A DNA stretch of 64,000 nt from a virus. The stretch's first letter is position 1. Each line of letters opens with the position of its first letter. The notes below the pieces were generated by a model that worked only from the letters and a program-made list of their open reading frames with translations, was not told where the DNA came from and did no database searches. This document shows positions 45,354 through 53,669 of this stretch, piece after piece. The translations under genes and the position numbers were made by a program. The stretch is from the IMG/VR virus record IMGVR_UViG_3300045988_081431, positions 1 to 64,000 of that record; one strand, given 5' to 3'.

Positions 45354-45424
45354 GCACTCATAGTTTAACGTAAAACGGCGTTTTATCATCTTCCGTCATG
45401 CAAGTTCGACTCTTGCTGAGTGCC
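45354..45424 (+). ncRNA. tRNA-like element / degenerate tRNA (no foldable anticodon stem)
   Basis: 7-bp acceptor GCACTCA/TGAGTGC, D arm GTTT-AACGTA-AAAC and a canonical T arm GCAAG-TTCGACT-CTTGC at tRNA spacing. The 17 nt in the anticodon-arm position (GCGTTTTATCATCTTCC) do not pair. Confidence 0.3.
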
Positions 45425-45496
45425 ACACTTCTACCTAACGATTATCTTTATCTTTAGTGTTCGCACTAGCACGTTAATCGTAGTGTACTCCTTGAA

Positions 45497-45542
45497 AAGA
45501 CCCAAGCGTTTTCCCTCCTTTCACGCTTGGGTCTTTTTTTTT
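45497..45542 (+). terminator. strong rho-independent terminator closing the tRNA operon
   Basis: AAGACCCAAGCG / 14-nt loop / CGCTTGGGTCTT, followed by a T run of about 9. Confidence 0.8.
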
Positions 45543-45557
45543 GCGTTTATAAAATGG

Positions 45558-45586
45558 TTGACAAACACAGACAAATACTGTATAAT
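45558..45586 (+). promoter_or_regulatory. sigma70-type promoter
   Basis: TTGACA, 17-nt spacer, TATAAT (both hexamers consensus). Confidence 0.7.
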
Positions 45587-45612
45587 AAGTATATACGAAA
45601 GCAGGTGAATAC

Positions 45613-46488
45613 ATGAAAGAAAATTCATTTCTTTGTCCTGACGGCAAGACCATATTGGTTAAAGACTGCATGAAAGAATGTCGTATGGGGCAACGATGCC
45701 TTGCCAAACCATTGTTGGTAAACGCAAGTCGTCTCAGGAATTTAAATAGAGACCACTTCTCTGTCACCGAGGTATTGTCTCCAACGTTATATATGTATCT
45801 GAAAGCAAACAATCCAGAGACAATCAATCCGTTCTCCTCGATTGCTGCAACAGTCGGTACATCCATGCATGGTATACTTGAGAATTGTCTGCCACAGAAT
45901 TACGCAGGCGAGTTTCGACTAAATTATCAAGGTCTCACAGGTCAGATGGACTGTATTGACTTAGAGCATCATACCTTGTATGACTATAAGGTCGTTGGTG
46001 CATACAAGTGTGCGACCATGATGGGTGGTAGACCATTGTGGCGACCATACACAATCACACGTGGCAAACGTAAGGGTAAAACCGAGATGCGACAACAATG
46101 GGTGTACGATGGGTTGCACCACTATGGTGATTACTGTAAACAACAGAACTTATATCGCATCTTGTTGAATAAACATGGTATCCCAATCAATGATATGTAT
46201 TTACAAGTCATTATCAAAGAACCAATCAACACAATCAAGACATTCAATCTAAGTCAGCAATGCTATTTGATACAACTACCCAAGATGAACGACCAGCGGT
46301 TACTTGACTATGCGTTATACAAGAAAGATGCCTTGGTAAATGCCATCGCCAAACAAGAATTACCACGAGAGTGTTCTGCAAAAGACCGATGGGTATCCAA
46401 GACATATCCAATGGGTCGTAAATGTAAAGAGTACTGCTCTGTATCATATTGTTGTCCATATTATCAGGAGAGGATTAAAAAGCGATGA
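45613..46488 (+). CDS. PD-(D/E)XK nuclease, Cas4/RecB-like with Cys clusters
   Basis: 'GTSMHGILE', 'GQMDCIDLE' and 'LYDYKV' (D...D/E-x-K), plus the C-terminal 'CKEYCSVSYCCPYY' and N-terminal Cys residues. Confidence 0.55.
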   Translation: MKENSFLCPDGKTILVKDCMKECRMGQRCLAKPLLVNASRLRNLNRDHFSVTEVLSPTLYMYLKANNPETINPFSSIAATVGTSMHGILENCLPQNYAGEFRLNYQGLTGQMDCIDLEHHTLYDYKVVGAYKCATMMGGRPLWRPYTITRGKRKGKTEMRQQWVYDGLHHYGDYCKQQNLYRILLNKHGIPINDMYLQVIIKEPINTIKTFNLSQQCYLIQLPKMNDQRLLDYALYKKDALVNAIAKQELPRECSAKDRWVSKTYPMGRKCKEYCSVSYCCPYYQERIKKR

Positions 46489-46805
46489 TAAATATTAAAA
46501 CTCAAGAGTTTCGTACTGTTGACCGTTACCGTGTGACAGCCATTCATCGACAATCAAGAACAGCATTTGTCAATGACTTGCGTGTTGGTGATGAGTTTTA
46601 TATCTGTACGAAATTGCATGGAGAACGAAGTCAAGCTGGCTATTTAGCACCACGAGTTAGACTGTATTTCCCAGATAAAAAGAAACATACTAAGTATATT
46701 ACTCAAGAGCGTTTACAGAAAATCTTTAGCTTTAACTTTGATGCTGAACCCGTTGAACACGTTGAGCGTAGCGAAGTCGTTGGAACAACGGAGGTAATCG
46801 AATGA
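46485..46805 (+). CDS. hypothetical protein
   Basis: 106-aa ORF with an ATGA overlap. Confidence 0.5.
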   Translation: MINIKTQEFRTVDRYRVTAIHRQSRTAFVNDLRVGDEFYICTKLHGERSQAGYLAPRVRLYFPDKKKHTKYITQERLQKIFSFNFDAEPVEHVERSEVVGTTEVIE

Positions 46806-47428
46806 TTCTAGTCGGTCGTGCTGGTGTTGGTAAAGATACCGTTGCTGACATGTTTGGTGATATTCCTCGGTATGCATACGCAGATGCAATCAAAGAAATG
46901 GTTGCTATTGTTCAATCCGATGGTGTCAACGCAGGTATGGAGTTTATATCTGACTTGAGTGGTCATTCAATCGAAGAATTACAGGGTATACTTCCTGTGG
47001 TGCAAACGATTGAGAAGACCGTCTTAGATGGCAAACAACGAAAACACCTACAAGCACTTGGCAATGGTATTCGAGCGTTGTTTGCAGACTTCTGGTTGGT
47101 TGTCTTGCGTAACAAGCTGGTGAGAGATAACCCAGAGAAATATATCGTGACCGATTGTCGCTATCAAAATGAACTTGATATGTTAAAAGAATTGGATGTC
47201 GGAGACCCAGCGTTCAATGTGGCAATCTTTATCTCAGCGAACAAGAAAGAACGTATTAAACGAATGAAACGCAGAGATGGTTCTTGCGATGAAACACGAC
47301 TCAATGATGTGTCAGAAACATCTGTTGACGAATTAAAGTCTCAATGTGATTTCGTGATTAACAATTCTAAAGATTTCAACCATTTGAAACAACAAGTGGA
47401 TAAAATCAAAGATGCAATCGGAGAATAA
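46802..47428 (+). CDS. P-loop kinase, deoxynucleoside-monophosphate kinase-like
   Basis: N-terminal P-loop 'LVGRAGVGKDT' and 'TDCRYQNELDML'. 208 aa with a GGAGG RBS. Confidence 0.5.
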   Translation: MILVGRAGVGKDTVADMFGDIPRYAYADAIKEMVAIVQSDGVNAGMEFISDLSGHSIEELQGILPVVQTIEKTVLDGKQRKHLQALGNGIRALFADFWLVVLRNKLVRDNPEKYIVTDCRYQNELDMLKELDVGDPAFNVAIFISANKKERIKRMKRRDGSCDETRLNDVSETSVDELKSQCDFVINNSKDFNHLKQQVDKIKDAIGE

Positions 47429-47431
47429 ATT

Positions 47432-47614
47432 ATGGTAAAAGAATTACACATGCTTGCGATTATTGATTATCGAACCAATGAACTTAAAGCAGAGGTTCGC
47501 AGACGAATGTTGCAATCTGAACTATCTAAGCAAGAGGCAGTCCATCTCGTTGACAAGGCTTGCGATGATATTACAGATGCATTATGTCGATTGTATGATA
47601 AAGCGGAGGTTTAG
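47432..47614 (+). CDS. hypothetical protein
   Basis: 60-aa ORF with a GGAGA RBS. Confidence 0.45.
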   Translation: MVKELHMLAIIDYRTNELKAEVRRRMLQSELSKQEAVHLVDKACDDITDALCRLYDKAEV

Positions 47615-47617
47615 TAC

Positions 47618-48037
47618 TTGAAATTAATTTATTCAGCAACAGTAATGGGAGAGCCTGTACCGCAAGGTAGACCACGATTATGTGGTCGTGGTCGTTTCGT
47701 GAGAGCGTATGACCCTCCGAAGTCAAAGGCTTATAAGCAACTGATTAAAGACTCAATCGAACATCCGAAGAATGTGGTAGATGTTCCATTATTGTTTGAA
47801 CTTGACATTTACCGTAAGATACCATCTGGGGGTCGCAAGAAAGACCGTGAAGATATGAAATCAGGCTTAATTCTACCGACTAAGAAACCAGATGTGGATA
47901 ATGTACTCAAAGGTGTCATGGATGCCCTGAGTGGCATCGTATGGCATGACGATAACCAAGTGTGCGATGTAATCTGTAGAAAACGCTATAGTGAGCATCC
48001 ACGCATCGAGTTCAAGGTTTACGATATTACACCTTGA
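47618..48037 (+). CDS. rusA: RusA-family Holliday junction resolvase
   Basis: 'GEPVPQGRPR' and 'KPDVDNVLKGVMDALSGIVWHDDNQV'. TTG start after a GGAGG RBS. Confidence 0.8.
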   Translation: MKLIYSATVMGEPVPQGRPRLCGRGRFVRAYDPPKSKAYKQLIKDSIEHPKNVVDVPLLFELDIYRKIPSGGRKKDREDMKSGLILPTKKPDVDNVLKGVMDALSGIVWHDDNQVCDVICRKRYSEHPRIEFKVYDITP

Positions 48038-48065
48038 CAAACTAACAGGCTAACAGGAGGTCAAA

Positions 48066-48626
48066 ATGTTAGAACAAAAATTAATCAATACAGATGGTTT
48101 AAATAAACTATGGGGAGAACAACTGTTGTGGTTTAACGGTCAGTCTTACTGTTTGACATCAACAGACTCACCATCATGTGAAGACATTCGTAAATTACAT
48201 CCGCATTGGCTTGTGTATTTAACTGGCGATGTAGACGAGGATACAAATGAGATTGCACGTCAAGCGTTCTTAAATGGTGAAGCATTGGATAAATGCTTGT
48301 GTGACTTGGGTGTGATTGATGAAGCCTTTGTGGTTTTCCATGGCGACATTATTGTACATGCGTTTGTCAACGACCAAGGCGACATCGAAGAAGAATATTC
48401 CGTTACCGAATTTGATGAAGTCGAAAAAGAAAACACGATTGCCGTGTATCGCATAGATGAAGATAATCAATCCAAGGTGAATAAGATTGTGTCTGGTGCA
48501 TTATTAAACGACTATACACTAGAGGTTGGGTTAATTTGGGCGATGCAACTTGGGTACCAAGCACAAGACAGTATCGTTGATGAATTAAACCAAGCTGTGG
48601 ATGCGGTGCAATCATGGACTGTTTAA
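48066..48626 (+). CDS. hypothetical strongly acidic protein
   Basis: 186 aa, with about 36 D/E against about 10 K/R by my count. AGGAGG RBS. Confidence 0.55.
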   Translation: MLEQKLINTDGLNKLWGEQLLWFNGQSYCLTSTDSPSCEDIRKLHPHWLVYLTGDVDEDTNEIARQAFLNGEALDKCLCDLGVIDEAFVVFHGDIIVHAFVNDQGDIEEEYSVTEFDEVEKENTIAVYRIDEDNQSKVNKIVSGALLNDYTLEVGLIWAMQLGYQAQDSIVDELNQAVDAVQSWTV

Positions 48627-48743
48627 TCATTATGGTAGCACTACAAAAGTTAATCACCCTTGGTATGTTCGCAGGGTTTTCTTGGGTTTGTTACTTATGG
48701 GTAAAACAAGTGATTGAATACTACGAGAACAGGAGATAAACAT

Positions 48744-49076
48744 ATGAGTAAAATATTACACATCTTACGACTGGGGTTGCTTGCATTGGTGTTATTCGTG
48801 ATTGGTACATTACCAACGCATGCATACTCAATGCAAGCCGAAGTTTCTGCTTATAGTGACCACGGAACGATGGCAAACGGTGAATGGACACACGATGGTG
48901 CAGTTGCCGCAGACCATCTTCCGTTTGGTACAAAAGTATTAATCAATGGTCGAGTATATACGGTTAAAGACCGATTTGGCGGTGGTTATTCAAACGCATT
49001 TGATATTTGGATGCCATCGTATGATGAAGCCATTGAATTTGGTCGTCAGTATATCACCGTAGAGGTTCTAGTGTAG
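48744..49076 (+). CDS. secreted 3D-domain protein (cell-wall-active, MltA/YocH C-terminal type)
   Basis: Signal or TM segment 'ILHILRLGLLALVLFVIGTLPTHA', then 'VSAYSDHGTMANGE...VAADHLPFGTKVLING..YTVKDRFGGG...FDIWM'. ATG 48744 follows a CAGGAGA RBS. Confidence 0.65.
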   Translation: MSKILHILRLGLLALVLFVIGTLPTHAYSMQAEVSAYSDHGTMANGEWTHDGAVAADHLPFGTKVLINGRVYTVKDRFGGGYSNAFDIWMPSYDEAIEFGRQYITVEVLV

Positions 49077-49090
49077 CAGGAGGAAAGTGA

Positions 49091-49588
49091 ATGAGTAAAG
49101 CATTAAATAGTATACGGAAAAAACATGGCTTAAAGCCAGTTACACACAGGGTACGAGGTTTTGAGTATGTCAGCAGAGTCGGAGCAATCGTGAAAAAACC
49201 AACACGAGGCTCCATTCATAGTGCTGGTTACGATATTTATGTCTATGATGATTATACAATCGAACCAAAACAATCCGTACTGATTAAAACTGGCATTAAA
49301 GCGTATATGCCACATGATGAATACTTGGATTTACGAGTGCGTTCATCTTTGGGGGTTAAACGTCAATTAATGCTTGCGACTGGTGCATCTGTTATTGATT
49401 CTGACTATTATAACAACGAAGACAACGAGGGTGAAATCATGGTTGTATTATACAATTATGGCAACACCACTCAATACATTTCAGCAGGCGAACACATAGT
49501 TCAAGGCATCTTTACAAAGTATCACTTGATTGATGATGATTGTACAACCGCAGTTCGCACAGGTGGCACAGGGTCTACAAATAAATAA
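49091..49588 (+). CDS. dut: dUTP diphosphatase (trimeric dUTPase)
   Basis: Motifs 'GSIHSAGYDIY', 'GASVIDSDYYN' and 'RTGGTGST'. Confidence 0.8.
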   Translation: MSKALNSIRKKHGLKPVTHRVRGFEYVSRVGAIVKKPTRGSIHSAGYDIYVYDDYTIEPKQSVLIKTGIKAYMPHDEYLDLRVRSSLGVKRQLMLATGASVIDSDYYNNEDNEGEIMVVLYNYGNTTQYISAGEHIVQGIFTKYHLIDDDCTTAVRTGGTGSTNK

Positions 49589-49606
49589 CACAGGGGAAAC
49601 ACATCC

Positions 49607-49927
49607 ATGTTTAAAAGATATATGTTTTTAGTGGATATGTTTAAGAATGGGGAGTTGTATCGTGTTTCTATTTATGGTGAACACAGGGATTTGATACAAC
49701 AATATTTATATTTGATTTCACCAGAGGTAATCTTCTTGCGTGAAGACGAAGAAACCGAAAAACAACAAAAGAAACGTACCAAGGGTAAATATCGCAAGTT
49801 ATTTTTCAATGGTAAAAACATCGGAACAATCATTCAATGTGAGTTCCGTACAGACCGTTGTCAATCCATCGGTGAACGCTCAAAGAAAATTACAGGTGTT
49901 GATGAAAGATATACGGTGGTCGCATGA
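49607..49927 (+). CDS. hypothetical protein
   Basis: 106-aa basic ORF with a CAGGGGA RBS. Confidence 0.5.
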   Translation: MFKRYMFLVDMFKNGELYRVSIYGEHRDLIQQYLYLISPEVIFLREDEETEKQQKKRTKGKYRKLFFNGKNIGTIIQCEFRTDRCQSIGERSKKITGVDERYTVVA

Positions 49928-50577
49928 ATAAATTAATGGAGTTCTTCTGTTCTAACTCAGATGAACTGTTTAAAATACAAGAGTTTGACAACCGCATGTC
50001 TTTCAAAGAATTTAACCAAGAGAGAATATCCATGCGGTTAGTCCGCAAGATGAAACGCTACAGGGAATTTGATTATGAACGCTCACCAGAAGATATCTTG
50101 ATTGAACAAGAAGAAATCAAAGAGTTAATGTATGCATTCTTGCGGCTCAGAAAAGAAATTGGCACAAGCAGCATGAAACGATTAATGCTACGGTATGGCT
50201 TACGTATGAAAGTCAGCGAGATTGCCAAACACTTTGGTGAATACAAAATGTTGACCTCAAGACGACTCAAGAAGTCATTATCGGTTGCACAACAAGTTCT
50301 ACAGGAATTAATCGCCGATGGTGTACTTGACGAGGATGTCTTGAGACCAAGCATTAGATACTATGAGGCAAAAACACCAATCATCAAAGTTAATTATCCG
50401 TTCGACTCTGCACGAGAGACATTTAAACGAATGTATAAGTACGCAGGCGAACAACGACCAATGACAACATGTAAAGCCATTGAGTATCTGGATGAGTGCT
50501 TTGGTGATAATAAAACCATCTGTAATTACTGTGGTAAACAATGCTCACGTTTGAAAGATATGGAGAAACGAGTGTGA
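49924..50577 (+). CDS. sigma-70 region-4-like transcription factor (putative phage sigma factor)
   Basis: 'MKRLMLRYGLRMKVSEIAKHFGEYKMLTSRRLKKSLSVAQQVL' resembles a sigma region 4 HTH. There is a C-terminal Cys cluster 'CKAIEYLDEC...CNYCGKQC'. Confidence 0.4.
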   Translation: MNKLMEFFCSNSDELFKIQEFDNRMSFKEFNQERISMRLVRKMKRYREFDYERSPEDILIEQEEIKELMYAFLRLRKEIGTSSMKRLMLRYGLRMKVSEIAKHFGEYKMLTSRRLKKSLSVAQQVLQELIADGVLDEDVLRPSIRYYEAKTPIIKVNYPFDSARETFKRMYKYAGEQRPMTTCKAIEYLDECFGDNKTICNYCGKQCSRLKDMEKRV

Positions 50578-51383
50578 ATATAGCTGAACAATCATTAAAT
50601 CTGAACAAACTAGATATGCGTGTCGAAGCAGACAGAGCATATATCGCAGATATATCCGATATTCATGTCGGTAATATCTATCACAATCGAGAGGCATTTG
50701 AGAAGTTCATTTCTCAAGTTAAAACGATTGACAATCTGTATTTGATTATCGGTGGTGACTCTACGGATAATGCAACAACGAGTTCTGCATCATCGGTATT
50801 TGAACAATCGGAACACGGTGGAGACCAAGTTCTATTGGCATACCGCTTGTTAGAACCGATAAAAGACCGTATTCTGTTCTGTCGTAGTGGCAACCATGGA
50901 TATGAACGAGCGTTAAAACACAATCGTTTAATTCCTGAACAGATGCTGGCTGAGTTACTAGGTGTTCCGTTCTACCACGGCATGGCATCGGTGTTCTTGA
51001 ATGTCAACAAGAACTTATATGTCATTGGCACATGGCATAATTCTAAAAAGCCTGACAAAATGGAATGGCTGCATACCGATATTACGTTCTATGAGCATCT
51101 ACATAAGACAACATATGAACGCACTATGGTGGCAGAACCCAACCGTATTGCCAAGGCATGGTCTTTAATTGAACACTTGGATGTGCAAACAGGTTCATTC
51201 CTTGGTTGGGGCGGTTATTCCGCAGACAAGGGTTATCGACCAAACGATTGTGGTACATCCATAGTGGAACTATCTGGAGAGAGAAACAAAAAACAGATGC
51301 GAGTGCACGACCATATCGACCGTGTTCTTGAATTGGAACACTTGCGAAAGGCAGTTGAACATGCCAAAGAAACAAACAAATAA
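50574..51383 (+). CDS. calcineurin-like metallophosphoesterase
   Basis: 'ADISDIHVGN', 'IIGGDSTDN' and 'RSGNHG'. A GTG start at 50574 after a GGAGA RBS is preferred; alternatives are at 50541 and 50616. Confidence 0.6.
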   Translation: MNIAEQSLNLNKLDMRVEADRAYIADISDIHVGNIYHNREAFEKFISQVKTIDNLYLIIGGDSTDNATTSSASSVFEQSEHGGDQVLLAYRLLEPIKDRILFCRSGNHGYERALKHNRLIPEQMLAELLGVPFYHGMASVFLNVNKNLYVIGTWHNSKKPDKMEWLHTDITFYEHLHKTTYERTMVAEPNRIAKAWSLIEHLDVQTGSFLGWGGYSADKGYRPNDCGTSIVELSGERNKKQMRVHDHIDRVLELEHLRKAVEHAKETNK

Positions 51384-51531
51384 ACGAAAACGCAAGCCAT
51401 CAAAACCAAAGACACCGCTCGATGCAATCCATAAGAAATGTCGAGAGTGTTGTTGTGGTACTTTGGCGGAAGTAGAGGCTTGTGAGATAGACGATTGTGC
51501 ATTATGGCATTATCGTATGGCGGAAGAATAA
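51361..51531 (+). CDS. small basic zinc-finger-like protein
   Basis: 56 aa. Lys/Arg-rich N-terminus, then 'CRECCCGTLAEVEACEIDDCALWHY'. Confidence 0.45.
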   Translation: MPKKQTNKRKRKPSKPKTPLDAIHKKCRECCCGTLAEVEACEIDDCALWHYRMAEE

Positions 51532-51550
51532 ATTTCTTCCGTCTTTTTTT
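51522..51550 (+). terminator. rho-independent terminator
   Basis: GGAAGAA / TAAAT / TTCTTCC, followed by GTCTTTTTTT. Confidence 0.65.
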
Positions 51551-51559
51551 ATTTTGTTG

Positions 51560-51588
51560 TTGACATACGCAATCAACCATGGTATCAT
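51560..51588 (+). promoter_or_regulatory. sigma70-type promoter
   Basis: TTGACA, 17-nt spacer, TATCAT. Confidence 0.6.
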
Positions 51589-51626
51589 AATGGTGTAAAC
51601 AAATTGTTTTTCACACAGGAGGAATT

Positions 51627-51929
51627 ATGGATAAAACAATTATTAAAGAATTGCAAGAACACAATGGCTTTAAATACACGACTATTTTGCCAAAGAACAT
51701 TATGTATGAAGAACGGCAAATGTGGTGGTTTTCATTTGATAATGGATATGATGTTGCCGTTATTCAATTCGAGTATACCGAAGACGATGGTGTCTTTTGT
51801 TTGGCACTATTGAGAGACGGCGTTATTTACCATGGTACTATGTTGTTGCCAGATGGAGATGTTACCAATGTTTGTCTTGAGACAGTACTGGAATATCTAC
51901 AGGCGATTTCTGAATTGGAGGCACAATAA
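51627..51929 (+). CDS. hypothetical protein
   Basis: 100-aa ORF with a CAGGAGG RBS. Confidence 0.55.
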   Translation: MDKTIIKELQEHNGFKYTTILPKNIMYEERQMWWFSFDNGYDVAVIQFEYTEDDGVFCLALLRDGVIYHGTMLLPDGDVTNVCLETVLEYLQAISELEAQ

Positions 51930-52375
51930 TGGCAAAATTAACAAAACAACAAAAGAATTTATTTTTCGATTTATTCGCAGAGGGTTTTGACCTTGTGTAT
52001 GGTTCGACAGGGGAATATCCATGGTATGCCGCCTTGGTAAGTGACTGCGAAGAAGACATAGATGGTTTTCTGTCGTATCATTACAAGAATGGAAACAAGT
52101 GGAAGCAACTGAGTGATGAAGACTCTCGAATTATCCCCCAACAGGTTTACTGTAATTTCATTCGTCTTCACGACTATTTAAATATTCCACAACAAAATAG
52201 AGTCCGTAGGGATGACTTATTGCGTGTCAGAAATAATCATGATGACGAATGGGAATATGCTTGCTTCGCTCGTTTTGATGGTACAGGAGTGCAAGTGTTT
52301 GCCAATGGAACAAACTCTTATACATCTAAAGACAAAGCTACAAAATTCTACAAGTATTATAAACGTGCAGACTAA
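51929..52375 (+). CDS. hypothetical protein
   Basis: 148-aa ORF with a TAATG overlap. Confidence 0.55.
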   Translation: MAKLTKQQKNLFFDLFAEGFDLVYGSTGEYPWYAALVSDCEEDIDGFLSYHYKNGNKWKQLSDEDSRIIPQQVYCNFIRLHDYLNIPQQNRVRRDDLLRVRNNHDDEWEYACFARFDGTGVQVFANGTNSYTSKDKATKFYKYYKRAD

Positions 52376-52389
52376 CACAGGGGAAACAT

Positions 52390-52866
52390 ATGATAGAATA
52401 TGACATTATTCAAGCACTAGGGTATCACCTGTATTTAAAATATATATGTATTCCCAATGTATTAATGTTTGGAGACAACCGCAGTGAATATGAAGCGGAT
52501 TTTATATACTTTAAACACACTCAACGGTTCTTAACAGAAGTTGAAGCTAAGACTAATATTGAAGATTTTAAGCGAGACTTTAACAAGAAACGGTATCACG
52601 ACTGTGAACATGTCAAGTATTTCTATTACGCTATGCCACTACAGGTGTATGAGAAACATCGACAATTTGTCGATAATAAATTAAATGAAGTCGGTGCAGG
52701 TTTAATATTAATAGACGAGATAGACACATGGGATTTCCGAGGTAACCTTTATTGCGTTCACAAGTATGTTAAACGAGCAAAAGTCCGCAAAAACTATCAG
52801 GAAATGTCTGAGGAAGAATACTTGCGATATTTACGCATCGGTTGCATGAAATGGGTTAGTAGATAA
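52390..52866 (+). CDS. PD-(D/E)XK-like nuclease candidate (MmcB-like)
   Basis: 'EADFIYF...LTEVEAK' gives a D...E-x-K arrangement. 158 aa. Confidence 0.3.
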   Translation: MIEYDIIQALGYHLYLKYICIPNVLMFGDNRSEYEADFIYFKHTQRFLTEVEAKTNIEDFKRDFNKKRYHDCEHVKYFYYAMPLQVYEKHRQFVDNKLNEVGAGLILIDEIDTWDFRGNLYCVHKYVKRAKVRKNYQEMSEEEYLRYLRIGCMKWVSR

Positions 52867-52880
52867 CAGGAGAAAAACAA

Positions 52881-53063
52881 ATGACAACAATTATGATTGA
52901 TGAACAAGAGTATTTATCTATTGTTAAAGACGTGGAAGAAACAATGGCTAAGTTTGACGAGGAGGGTGCATCATATGAAGAATTATATGATTTATACGAC
53001 CGTGCTTACAGCCGTTTAGACTTATTGATTTATAATGCGTTATATACAAAAGTTGCAGAATAG
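52881..53063 (+). CDS. hypothetical protein
   Basis: 60-aa acidic ORF with a CAGGAGA RBS. Confidence 0.45.
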   Translation: MTTIMIDEQEYLSIVKDVEETMAKFDEEGASYEELYDLYDRAYSRLDLLIYNALYTKVAE

Positions 53064-53075
53064 GAGTAGGCACAC

Positions 53076-53537
53076 ATGTTACAATCAAAATATTTAACAC
53101 AAGATGGTTTACAGGCGTATTTAAAAGACTGTTATAACTCTGGGTATAACTATGTGTTTTACCGTAAAGAAATTGATAGTTTTGCGTTGTCTGAGACAAA
53201 ACCTGAACTTGACAATGGTAAATACATATGTCTGTTTGGTAAAACTAGAGTGTTATACTCGTTTTTCTCTAAGTTAGTCTTTAAGGATTTATTACAGGAT
53301 AAAGACTATATCAAAATCAGCGACCATATTGATACTGTGGATTGGTCTAAAGTGCCTGTGGATACAAAATTAATCGTCTCTCATTCAGAAGCAAATCCAG
53401 ACTATTGTCGTTATTTTGCAGAATATAAAGATGGTAAAGTTTATGCTTGGGATTACGGAGCGACATCATGGAGTAGCGATGTCAAAAGTAAAAGTTATTG
53501 GGAGCACGCCAAACTAGCAGAGGACAGAAATGAATAA
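53076..53537 (+). CDS. hypothetical protein
   Basis: 153-aa ORF with an AGGAG RBS and a terminator downstream. Confidence 0.55.
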   Translation: MLQSKYLTQDGLQAYLKDCYNSGYNYVFYRKEIDSFALSETKPELDNGKYICLFGKTRVLYSFFSKLVFKDLLQDKDYIKISDHIDTVDWSKVPVDTKLIVSHSEANPDYCRYFAEYKDGKVYAWDYGATSWSSDVKSKSYWEHAKLAEDRNE

Positions 53538-53543
53538 AACATA

Positions 53544-53571
53544 AGAGACCACATAGTTGGTCTCTTTTTTG
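53544..53571 (+). terminator. rho-independent terminator
   Basis: AGAGACCA / CATAGT / TGGTCTCT, followed by TTTTTT. Confidence 0.7.
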
Positions 53572-53598
53572 TTAATGCAAAAGTTTTTAAACATATTG

Positions 53599-53627
53599 TT
53601 GACACCACATGGTATCTATGTTATGAT
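53599..53627 (+). promoter_or_regulatory. sigma70-type promoter
   Basis: TTGACA, 17-nt spacer, TATGAT. Confidence 0.6.
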
Positions 53628-53669
53628 ATACACATAAGATAACCATAGATTTAACTCAGGAGGAAACGT

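Noticed and set aside
45354-45424. tmRNA 3' domain
   Set aside because: The T arm plus acceptor suggested tmRNA, but the 5' acceptor partner lies only 71 nt upstream, which is tRNA-sized. There is no tag-peptide ORF or pseudoknot region, so I kept it only as a tRNA-like element.
44595-45866. Minus-strand ORFs 44595-44873, 44986-45204, 45183-45389 and 45474-45866, and plus-strand ORFs 45106-45327 and 45420-45608
   Set aside because: They overlap hand-folded tRNAs, the terminator or the promoter of this locus, or the 5' end of the nuclease gene. The internal repeat in the 44595-44873 translation simply mirrors the 57-nt DNA duplication.
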